This document shows, in pieces, positions 60,501-64,000 of a stretch of 64,000 bases of DNA. A program made the position numbers and the translations under genes. This stretch comes from Balanoglossus misakiensis (lineage: Eukaryota > Animalia > Hemichordata), in the NCBI GenBank assembly GCA_040954595.2, contig CM082577.2, positions 12,371,654 through 12,435,653 of the forward strand, read 5' to 3'. A model generated the notes under the pieces. It was not told the origin of the DNA and made no database searches. It saw only the letters and a list, made by a program, of their open reading frames with translations. Within the stretch, counting starts at the first letter, position 1. Each line of letters begins with the position of its first letter.

Positions 60501-60891
60501 ATGTTTAAAGCTCTAAATTATCTGTTGATGAGATTGTGGAAGGATAAACTGTAATGTGTAACTGTTTCTTTACAGAAAAATGCATCAAATGTGTCACAAG
60601 TATACTGGGCAGCTAGAAATGACAAAGCGAATATGGTAAAAGCCCTTGCAGACTCTGGCGTTGACATGAATAAAGAAGTACAGGTTGGTTTAGAAATTTG
60701 GTCATATAACGATGCATTAATAAGTACATTCTGAAATTAGAAAACAAATTCTAAATACAATTGACATTTGTTATACTTTTGTAACTTTGAAGGATGGAAA
60801 GACTCCACTACATCTAGCTTGTGAGGTGGGTGATGAAACTGCAGTCGAAATCCTGCTAAGTAATGATGCTAGTGAAAATGTGTATTGTAAG
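421..60891 (+). CDS. Partial multi-exon gene encoding a giant ankyrin-repeat protein (at least 43 ANK repeats, about 1,479 aa in window, open at both ends)
   Basis: 43 exons of 96-132 nt, all multiples of 3, all AG|exon|GT, no in-frame stops. Most carry (D/N)G.T(P/A)LH.A...G....V..LL..GA ankyrin consensus features. The A-J exon order is complete in each super-repeat. Confidence 0.93.
662..760 (+). CDS. ANK exon 2 (array type Y, X-like 3' end)
   Basis: [33 protein letters not shown], 99 nt, AG/GT. Confidence 0.93.
903..1001 (+). CDS. ANK exon 3 (type Y)
   Basis: [33 protein letters not shown], 99 nt, AG/GT. Confidence 0.93.
1148..1246 (+). CDS. ANK exon 4 (type X)
   Basis: Identical to exon 1, 99 nt, AG/GT. 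Confidence 0.93.
1389..1487 (+). CDS. ANK exon 5 (type Z)
   Basis: [33 protein letters not shown], 99 nt, AG/GT. Confidence 0.92.
1590..1870 (+). mobile_element. HINE family A 3' fragment in array intron 5
   Basis: Same 3' end (aatgggaccacagtgtccttgacacgattttt). Confidence 0.75.
1916..2014 (+). CDS. ANK exon 6 (type Y)
   Basis: cttag|[33 protein letters not shown]|gtaaat. Confidence 0.9.
2159..2257 (+). CDS. ANK exon 7 (type X)
   Basis: Same peptide as exon 1 with one synonymous change, AG/GT. Confidence 0.93.
2388..2486 (+). CDS. ANK exon 8 (type Z)
   Basis: [35 protein letters not shown]/GT. Confidence 0.92.
2604..2660 (+). mobile_element. HINE family B-like 5' end
   Basis: tttttaggggcccaagtc...ggcttgggcacctat resembles the subTIR+IR at 12431-12465. 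Confidence 0.5.
2924..3022 (+). CDS. ANK exon 9 (A1)
   Basis: TGMTVLHEAAANNFPKAVNILIEAGADKDKTDQ, AG/GT. Confidence 0.9.
3153..3251 (+). CDS. ANK exon 10 (B1)
   Basis: tgcaag|VGDTALHYAVKNGHHQVVKVLINKDVNLNLDNE|gtaagt. Confidence 0.9.
3435..3530 (+). CDS. ANK exon 11 (C1)
   Basis: DGETALYSALKLRDIESAKHLLNANARLHKNA, 96 nt, AG/GT. Confidence 0.9.
4056..4437. mobile_element. Unclassified MITE
   Basis: 23-bp inverted pair gaggagatgggagggtgaacatg (about 4087-4109) / catgttcaccctcccatctcctc (about 4377-4399). Outer ends approximate. Confidence 0.5.
4450..6737 (+). mobile_element. HINE family A short form, split at a TTAA (4696-4699) by a nested insertion and resuming at about 6450
   Basis: 4450-4699 plus 6450-6737 together match the uninterrupted copy at 20677-21285. 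Confidence 0.7.
4879..6302 (+). mobile_element. HINE family A long form, complete
   Basis: 5' ttaggtcccattg with IR atgggacctta, (GTAT)n microsatellite, 3' subTIR aatgggacc plus hairpin, T-run flanks, no TSD. This is the DINE-1/HINE architecture. Confidence 0.8.
6990..8125. mobile_element. Palindrome-headed non-autonomous element
   Basis: About 185-bp palindrome (6996-7179), then attattgcatatg whose reverse complement closes the element at 8113-8125. Internal two-copy repeat of about 207 bp (7344/7551). Confidence 0.6.
8637..8744 (+). CDS. ANK exon 12 (D1)
   Basis: PGSSNIAQLFWAVKEHDEEMVEGLVKAGVKIDDHLE, 108 nt, AG/GT, paralogous to 27288-27395. Confidence 0.87.
9031..9129 (+). CDS. ANK exon 13 (E1)
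   Basis: DGLSALHACAQNGDAEAVTILLKKRANVTKDSK, AG/GT. Confidence 0.92.
9190..11331 (-). mobile_element. HINE family B copy on minus strand, interrupted by hAT-like element
   Basis: taggggcacaagcc...ggcttgtgccccta end at 11298-11330. Body is the reverse complement of 18195-19380. Confidence 0.75.
9956..11050. mobile_element. hAT-like non-autonomous element with 6-bp TSD
   Basis: TIR cagtgtttttg(c/t)taagg(t/c)cgg, TSD aaactt at 9950-9955 and 11051-11056, subterminal ccggggaactc repeats. Confidence 0.75.
11410..11570 (-). mobile_element. Probable SINE relic (Nin/Deu-domain-like core)
   Basis: ccaggtacccattactcctgggtagggagaag resembles the reverse strand of the conserved Nin-domain SINE core. Recalled similarity only. 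Confidence 0.35.
14900..15800 (-). pseudogene. Decayed transposase, Academ-like
   Basis: Minus-strand fragments FWYDFV ... SALRNGD*DICQTAKNQLLLPLLFCANR resemble the A.R.G(N/D)W...LP.(F)F.A motif I recall from Academ transposases. Stops and frameshifts present; limits approximate. Confidence 0.45.
17525..18091. mobile_element. MITE with 29-bp TIR (P-like if 7-bp TSD, MULE-like if 9-bp TSD)
   Basis: cacgggcgtcatggaacaataaagtgtat / atacactttattgttccatgacgcccgtg. Duplicated target (g)attctga(c) occurs once in the opposite arm. Confidence 0.75.
20677..21285 (+). mobile_element. HINE family A short form, complete
   Basis: Both ends present, inserted in the T-run gattttt of family C without TSD. 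Confidence 0.8.
21406..21898. mobile_element. Tc1/mariner-type MITE
   Basis: TA|ccgttgttgcatgggtaagagcccc ... ggggctcttacccgagcaactacgg|TA. Confidence 0.7.
22270..22371 (+). CDS. ANK exon 14 (F1)
   Basis: EGFTALYYAAAGCHVEVAKILLDYKPEQLHRENM, 102 nt, AG/GT. Confidence 0.9.
22506..22610 (+). CDS. ANK exon 15 (G1)
   Basis: TTMLHWAIENYEDTVAETLVKAGQDINGVVLHLDK, 105 nt, AG/GT. Confidence 0.9.
22665..24474. mobile_element. TIR element (PIF/Harbinger-ISL2EU-like), composite
   Basis: agagaggtttagttacacg / cgtgtaactaaacctctct, flanked by att...att, with a third internal TIR copy at about 23247-23265. Confidence 0.6.
24876..24983 (+). CDS. ANK exon 16 (H1)
   Basis: ELPTGLTVLHLMAQKEDPKYAELCLSLKAKVNVLDN, 108 nt, AG/GT. 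Confidence 0.9.
25375..25470 (+). CDS. ANK exon 17 (I1)
   Basis: ECNTPLYYAVLRKNKRTVKVLLNAKANFIGEG, 96 nt, AG/GT. Confidence 0.9.
25657..25776 (+). CDS. ANK exon 18 (J1, degenerate repeat)
   Basis: DPQFSVECRPMYVAAAKYPNMDFVRDLTDMGVIDINDANE, 120 nt, AG/GT. Confidence 0.85.
25926..26024 (+). CDS. ANK exon 19 (A2)
   Basis: DEMTVLHEAAANDFPKAVDLLIEAGADKNRADK, 24/33 aa identical to A1. Confidence 0.92.
26717..26815 (+). CDS. ANK exon 20 (B2)
   Basis: tgcaag|TGDTALHHAVKARHHCVVNVLITKDVNLNLENK|gtgagt, 24/33 aa identical to B1. Confidence 0.92.
27002..27097 (+). CDS. ANK exon 21 (C2)
   Basis: NGETPLYCALKLRDIESVTPLLNARACLCKDM, 96 nt, AG/GT. Confidence 0.9.
27288..27395 (+). CDS. ANK exon 22 (D2)
   Basis: PNTSKIGQLLWATKTYQEDMVEDLVKAGVKIDTLLQ, 108 nt, AG/GT. 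Confidence 0.88.
27627..27725 (+). CDS. ANK exon 23 (E2)
   Basis: DGLTALHHFSKNGDVRAVNILLTNQANVNEFSK, AG/GT. Confidence 0.92.
29123..32640 (-). mobile_element. Decayed 5'-truncated L1/Tx1-clade LINE
   Basis: Minus-strand motifs GYRSDHSAI (endonuclease end), KSPGTDGF, WRRITLLNTDYKIA, LDFEMAFD, GVRQGDPLSPYLFI, QYADD, C-terminal CTFC knuckle, A-tail at 29123-29131. Many frameshifts. Confidence 0.9.
30101..30513. mobile_element. Kolobok-like MITE inside the LINE
   Basis: TTAA|ggatgtacg ... cgtacatcc|TTAA. Confidence 0.65.
33806..34209. repeat. Near-perfect 400-bp palindrome
   Basis: Arms of about 200 bp around a loop of about 6 nt at about 34012-34017, differing mostly by small indels. Confidence 0.9.
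34647..34832. repeat. Palindrome (head of palindrome-headed element)
   Basis: taataacacatg...catgtgttatta with centre ctcgcctgcggctcg. Confidence 0.8.
35420..35521 (+). CDS. ANK exon 24 (F2)
   Basis: SGFTALHYAAAESHIDVARILVENNTQQLHQENV, 102 nt, AG/GT. Confidence 0.9.
35923..36027 (+). CDS. ANK exon 25 (G2)
   Basis: ISMLHWAVENFEDIVAETLIKAGLDINELAQGLNK. An alternative in-frame acceptor 9 nt upstream (exon start 35914) would add QQQ. Confidence 0.88.
36141..36600 (+). mobile_element. HINE family A long-form 3' fragment
   Basis: Matches 5864-6302, ends gggaccacagtgtccttgacgctattttt. Confidence 0.75.
36691..36798 (+). CDS. ANK exon 26 (H2)
   Basis: ESASDLTVLHLMAQKEDPDYVELCLKLEAKVNVLDK, 27/36 aa identical to H1. 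Confidence 0.92.
37413..37511 (+). CDS. ANK exon 27 (I2)
   Basis: NGRTPLYYAVLNKNTETVKILLAAKANFIAENT, AG/GT. Confidence 0.92.
39528..39639 (+). repeat. Two-copy direct repeat, period 61 bp
   Basis: cacctgtcagacattgtggattttccttacatttctgctttctatccgagt occurs twice. Confidence 0.9.
40741..41800 (+). pseudogene. BEN-domain protein ORF carried by the CACTA element, disrupted by insertion 41326-41716
   Basis: Pro/Thr-rich linker then SIGNFAKNLVFMVYSPSERAGRNCTG...KLSPRRLKKV..ATFRKY. Removing the insertion continues in frame SHDFPRSAERDVWSKQCIKAIDKALRR*, which fits the BEN pattern FA..L...F...E....N..G....L.P.....W..C..AID. 5' start uncertain. Confidence 0.75.
41326..41716. mobile_element. Palindrome-headed non-autonomous element
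   Basis: Palindrome 41332-41497 (centre gcgaggcttccgagc). attatattacca pairs with terminal tggtaatataat. No TSD. Confidence 0.7.
42022..42946. mobile_element. Foldback element, MULE-like
   Basis: Near-perfect inverted arms of about 350 bp, spacer of about 210 bp, repeated ttgacacgcgcgtgtcaa palindromes, imperfect flanking repeat taaaactta / taaaaactta. Confidence 0.7.
44111..46828 (+). repeat. Tandem duplication, unit 1357-1358 bp
   Basis: 44111-45467 repeated from 45468 with about 5 differences seen, and tat microhomology at the junction. Contains the CACTA right end, a HINE A body and a MITE 5' part. Confidence 0.95.
46434..46953. mobile_element. MITE, unclassified
   Basis: aagggagctgcaattatttatgacctggggg / cccccaggccgtacataatgacagcttcctaa imperfect TIRs. 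Confidence 0.5.
46979..47110 (+). CDS. ANK exon 28 (J2)
   Basis: NESRISQSFTYSHRPIFIAAAMYEDLSFVKVLQDVGIDLNTADD, 132 nt, aacag|...|gtaagt. Confidence 0.85.
47644..47742 (+). CDS. ANK exon 29 (A3)
   Basis: NDLTVLQEAAKEGYDKAVTVLIKAGVEVNKTDQ, AG/GT. Confidence 0.9.
48102..48185. mobile_element. 84-bp TAGTC-terminal mini-MITE (Academ-like termini)
   Basis: tagtctccgtgacccagc / gctgggtcacagagacta, 17/18 match. Confidence 0.6.
48334..48911. mobile_element. Kolobok-like MITE
   Basis: TTAA|agtgcctatgacatgc ... gcatgtcatagaccct|TTAA. Confidence 0.6.
49075..49176 (+). CDS. ANK exon 30 (B3)
   Basis: KQQTALHHAVNGSKPKVIKALLSCNSTDKDATEK, 102 nt, AG/GT. Confidence 0.88.
49664..49780 (+). CDS. ANK exon 31 (C3)
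   Basis: NAKTPLYVATENDDVDCVKALLEKDCRIHANVTRNIYGK, 117 nt, AG/GT. Confidence 0.88.
50391..50498 (+). CDS. ANK exon 32 (D3)
   Basis: AYTSNLTQLKWVVENEKNPMVQTLQRAGVDIDSHDE, 108 nt, aag|...|gtaagt. Confidence 0.83.
50676..51312. mobile_element. Palindrome-headed non-autonomous element (older)
   Basis: Imperfect palindrome about 50686-50792 (centre aggcgaatgccgag). ccagtgaattt pairs with aaattcactgg at about 51285-51295. Confidence 0.5.
51482..51580 (+). CDS. ANK exon 33 (E3)
   Basis: DNFTLLHHFASNGNVACVKILLDNGATIDTYCK, AG/GT. Confidence 0.9.
51730..51831 (+). CDS. ANK exon 34 (F3)
   Basis: DNYTPVFYAAQNEHVDVTSLLISSGARYLHSDNK, 102 nt, AG/GT. Confidence 0.9.
52073..53015. mobile_element. Tc1/mariner (pogo-like) MITE
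   Basis: Perfect 27-bp TIR ccgtatattctcacaaataagcgccac, TA on both sides. Confidence 0.85.
53092..53199 (+). CDS. ANK exon 35 (G3)
   Basis: TTALHWAVSNTMESVAKTLLRVEGISINDKVTGLPK, 108 nt, AG/GT. Confidence 0.9.
53535..53642 (+). CDS. ANK exon 36 (H3)
   Basis: EYPKKTTVLHLVARENNIDAVNLCLQMNADCHMLDA, 108 nt, AG/GT. Confidence 0.9.
55045..55143 (+). CDS. ANK exon 37 (I3)
   Basis: DGKSAFYYAVHHEQTDNVKTLKMAGAGFESSLQ, AG/GT. Confidence 0.87.
55363..55473 (+). CDS. ANK exon 38 (J3)
   Basis: PEKLEEMTVYCAAAKYTKKPYLKVLCNAGYRVDATNS, 111 nt, AAAKY motif as in J1. Confidence 0.83.
55631..55729 (+). CDS. ANK exon 39 (A4)
   Basis: DGETALHLASKKNEKEAISLLLKHGALIDIKDK, AG/GT. Confidence 0.93.
56388..56486 (+). 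CDS. ANK exon 40 (B4)
   Basis: DGRTAMHHAVLGANFEASETLMQSGARSDIPDV, AG/GT. Confidence 0.9.
57326..59549. mobile_element. hAT-like element with 5-bp TSD and internal inverted arms of about 500 bp
   Basis: taatg|cagggtt ... aaccctg|taatg, arms about 57586-58082 and 58824-59319. Confidence 0.72.
57800..57982 (+). pseudogene. IS630-Tc1-mariner-type transposase HTH fragment (inverted copy at about 58923-59105)
   Basis: PRKLPNDEEQYIEYLKRQTPSISYEEIQQKLAEFSQADVSIPTVCRTVRNRLSDKTWTWKK fits the RPRKL...P....EI...L....VS..T..R......T.KK pattern. Confidence 0.6.
60177..60284 (+). CDS. ANK exon 41 (C4)
   Basis: EIQTPLYMALNKYQEKGQKEIVKILLEAESPIHPDT, 108 nt, AG/GT. Confidence 0.88.
60576..60683 (+). CDS. 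ANK exon 42 (D4)
   Basis: KNASNVSQVYWAARNDKANMVKALADSGVDMNKEVQ, 108 nt, AG/GT. Confidence 0.88.
60793..60891 (+). CDS. ANK exon 43 (E4)
   Basis: DGKTPLHLACEVGDETAVEILLSNDASENVYCK, AG/GT. Confidence 0.93.
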
Positions 60892-61251
60892 GTATGTTAC
60901 TCTAATCCCGACTAATTAATGTAATATATAGTGGCTTTATCTTTACTAGAGTGTTCACTTTAGTGGAAGCCAAGCTATGTTTGTTATTTGTTTTAAACTT
61001 AAACTTTCCACCACAGTAGAAACAATATGTTAAGCCAAACAAGATATTTGCTTCATTGAATATTGAAGTAGCAGAAATCGCAAATGCTGGACATAGTGTT
61101 TGTTAGTTGAATTGCTGCAAAAGTGATGCACATGTAGCGTTATGTACAGATTAGTTAATTTTTAATTTTTGTGTTTGATTTAAATTTACCTATGGCCTAC
61201 AAGTTAATTATCCAGATAATGAAACCAGTTTGAACAGTTGTCAGTTTCAAA

Positions 61252-61479
61252 TTTTTAGCTCTGCTGTCACTTGTGTCAGCCGAGCTGTAGCAGTAGGTTG
61301 ATAAGTGTCCGTCCGTCGTCCGCGTCCTTCAACTTTTAGTATTTCAATCTTCTTCTTTAAAACAACTTGGCATATTTAGCTGAAATTTGGTTTGAATGTG
61401 TGTTATGGTGGCTTTAACTGATTTTGTTAATTTGGATTTGATGGGGTCATGAATATGCAAATTAGATCTAAAAATAGAA
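61252..61479 (+). mobile_element. HINE-like 5' part (third family), interrupted by DIRS element
   Basis: tttttagctc...gagct IR, (GTCC)n microsatellite, gaaatttgg and atatgcaaattag core motifs as in families A/B. Confidence 0.6.
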
Positions 61480-61718
61480 GTTCTGCCTCACTGCTGTCTC
61501 GCAGGTGTCACTCGAGATTGCGTGATACTACCCATCATTCAGTGCGCTTTCTACTTCAGCGACAGTAACACCGCCTGAAAATCGCTCTGCGATTTCAGCG
61601 GGTAAGATAAACTTTCGTGAGAAAAACCTCACAGAAAGTAACGTTCTAAGGTATTCTAATACCTTTCTACGGTCACAGACCCTGTAATCAGGAACTCTGA
61701 TGACATAAAACTTGCGAT

Positions 61719-63160
61719 ATGCAAACTTCGAAATCTGACACCGCTAGCACTAGCAGCGGGAGCGACGCGATGATAAACGCCAGACAACAGCAGAGAACCA
61801 CAAAGGGAATCAACAACCCGACATCGGGAAATGGGAAGCCCACGGGCAAAAACGGACTTGCAGCTCAAAATAGCGGTGAGAAACCACCAAAGAGCAGCAG
61901 ACCGGCGTCGAGAAAAACTGTGGCAGCCACGGCCGTTACTACGGTAACGAGCGTCGGGCGGGAAATGCCAGCCTGCATGTACCAGTATGGGTCCCGACAT
62001 CGCAACATCGGTAATAACGGAGCCTATACCATCAACGAGCAACAGTTCCTCCGATTTTCAACGGGCACAGGTACAGTACAACCTCGGAAACACTGATTTC
62101 ATTCAGAAAATGCTTATTATGCAACAAGAATCCATGGCGCAATTCGCTGGCGCCCTTCAAACGATAACATCCAATATGGCGGCCACCGCCAATGGGAACG
62201 GCGCAGACGACGCACATGCACGTCGAGCCGAAAAACGTAAGTCGGAAACAAACGAAAGTGAACACACCCCGTGAAAACGAGTAAAACTCGTGCGGAGACT
62301 AATGACAATGAGTCAGAAGACATCGATTATGACGATTTATTGCAAACTCGTACGACCGAGAATGACAATGCAAATGATGCAGGTGCAAACGAGGTTGACC
62401 AGGATTGCCTGAAAGAACTGAGCGAACTGTACAGTATGACGTGGAGGGTGAACGTGGCCCTCCTCTCAGCGAGCACCTAGCTAAAGTAGCAGACAAGATG
62501 CTGAGAAAGAAACTCAATGATGAAAAAGCTAAGAAATTGCTCGAATCATACTAACCCTTGCAACCACAGAATGTGGACAACCTACAGATAGTAAGAGTGA
62601 ATGAGCCAATCTGGGCAAAGTTGGACAGACATGCAAAGCTGAGAGACATCAGCATGCAGAACGTGCAGAAATTTCTGCTCAAGGGATTGATACCCCTATT
62701 TACCCTGCTGGACAAAATGTCGACGGCTAAGGGTACCACCACTGACAAATCTGCTTCCACAAACATGGACCAAATGCAGAAACTCGTCATTCACGCACTT
62801 TCCTTTGTAACACAAGCCAATCACTTGATGAGCCTACGCAGAAGGGAGCTCATCCGGCCTACTTTGGGGCCAGTATTCAAACAACTATGTGGCACATCTA
62901 CCCCTGTGACAGACTTCCTCTTCGGTGATGACCTGCCGAAACAGGTTAAAGACCTTATGGAAACAAACAAAATTGGAGACAGAGTACAGCACGCCACCAC
63001 TGCCAACAGACAAGGGCACAGAAACTGGTCCTACTCACAGGGCAGCAGCAACAACAATTACAGTGGCTACAGGAGAGACTACAACTACAAACCACGAGAC
63101 AAGACTTTTTTATACAAGAAAAAGTACACAAAGAAAGGGCAAGGCGAGAAACGCCAGTAG
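61719..63160 (+). pseudogene. DIRS gag-like ORF1, frameshifted
   Basis: P.NV..L....VNEPIW, RRRELIRP.L, LFGDDL motifs typical of DIRS ORF1. Split across ORFs starting 61719, 61987, 62271 and 62558. Confidence 0.7.
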
Positions 63161-63199
63161 AACAGCCCGCTCCTGATTTGGAGGTAAGCATTGTGTTGA

Positions 63200-64000
63200 C
63201 CTACCCTTGTAAGCATACAGAGCATAATTTTCAGGCAGGTCAACTGAAACAGTGTCCCAGCAATTGGAAACGCATCACTAAAGGACCAAAACATATTAAA
63301 TGCTGTCTCGGGCTACAAAATTGACATGATTCAAAGGCCTGTACAGACTGGTCAGATCAACATTCATCACTTCAACCCATCGGAAACCATCATAGTAAAC
63401 AATGAAATTCAGAAACTAGTTGCCAAAAATGTAGTTGAAGGCACAGATCACACAGCAGGAGAATTTATCTCCCCAATATTTCTCAGGAAAAAGAAAAATG
63501 GCTCTTTCCGACTAATACTGAACTTAAAACAGTTTAATGAGAATGTTGCCTATCACCATTTTAAAATGGAAACCATAAAATCAGCTATTGCCTTGATGAC
63601 TCCAAATTGCTTCATGGCAAGCATCGACCTAAAGGATGCATATTACTCTGTACCAGTTGCACATGAAGACCGAAAATACTTGCGTTTCCTATGGAAGGGA
63701 CAACTGTACCAGTTTACCTGCCTGCCAAATGGCTTAGCATGTGCCCCATATTTACCAAAATCATGAAGCCAGTCTTCTCCACTCTGCGGAAAATGGGACA
63801 TACAAACACTTCATACATAGACGACTCATTTTTGTGCAGTGATTCTTACGAAGAATGCACTGAAAATGTACAGGACACAGTATCATTATTGGATGATCTG
63901 GGAAAATCTGTGTTCATACCCTCTCAAATTATCACCTTTCTTGGGTTTGTCCTGAATTCAATAAATATGACCATATCACTAACCCAGGAAAAAGCCATGA
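63200..64000 (+). pseudogene. DIRS reverse transcriptase, frameshifted
   Basis: FISPIFLRKKKNGSFRLILNLK, FKMET, SIDLKDAYYSVP, YQFTCLPNGLACAP; after a frameshift near 63750, IFTKIMKP...SYIDDSFL. Confidence 0.9.

Larger units (their letters stand above)
61480..64000 (+). mobile_element. Decayed DIRS-order (DIRS/Ngaro-like) tyrosine-recombinase retrotransposon, running off the window
   Basis: Broken gag-like ORF 61719-63160 followed by RT. Left boundary approximate. Confidence 0.85.

Noticed and set aside
421-60891. Naming the gene (ANK1/2/3, TRPA1, NOMPC, ANKRD28/44/52, tankyrase)
   Set aside because: No diagnostic non-ANK domain lies in the window, and the repeat number and decamer pattern match none that I recognise.
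29123-64000. LINE or DIRS as intact active elements
   Set aside because: Both have multiple stops and frameshifts in core motifs.
1-64000. tRNA, rRNA or promoter/poly(A) features
   Set aside because: None recognisable. The window is internal to the gene, and AATAAA/TATA-like strings are expected by chance in AT-rich introns.

Overview
AT-rich animal genomic DNA (probably a marine invertebrate; species not identifiable from sequence). The whole window lies inside one large + strand gene. I read 43 coding exons (421-60891, about 1,479 aa). Each encodes one ankyrin repeat, all have AG/GT boundaries, and all introns are phase 0. Start and stop lie outside the window. The repeats are organised at several levels: (i) a very young tandem array of 8 near-identical exon+intron units (period about 241 bp) that vary mainly in the first, ligand-facing half of the repeat; (ii) 3.5 copies of a 10-exon super-repeat (A-J) whose similarity falls off 5'->3'; (iii) a likely 3-repeat sub-unit inside the decamer. 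The introns are packed with mobile elements: Helentron-type non-autonomous elements (HINE/DINE-like), Academ-like foldbacks, hAT-like elements with 5- and 6-bp TSDs, a CACTA element carrying a BEN-domain ORF, Tc1/mariner-, Kolobok- and MULE-like MITEs, a decayed L1/Tx1 LINE and a decayed DIRS-order retroelement. One intron holds a six-level nested stack. All alignments were done by eye. Superfamily names rest on termini, TSDs and motifs, not on database searches.
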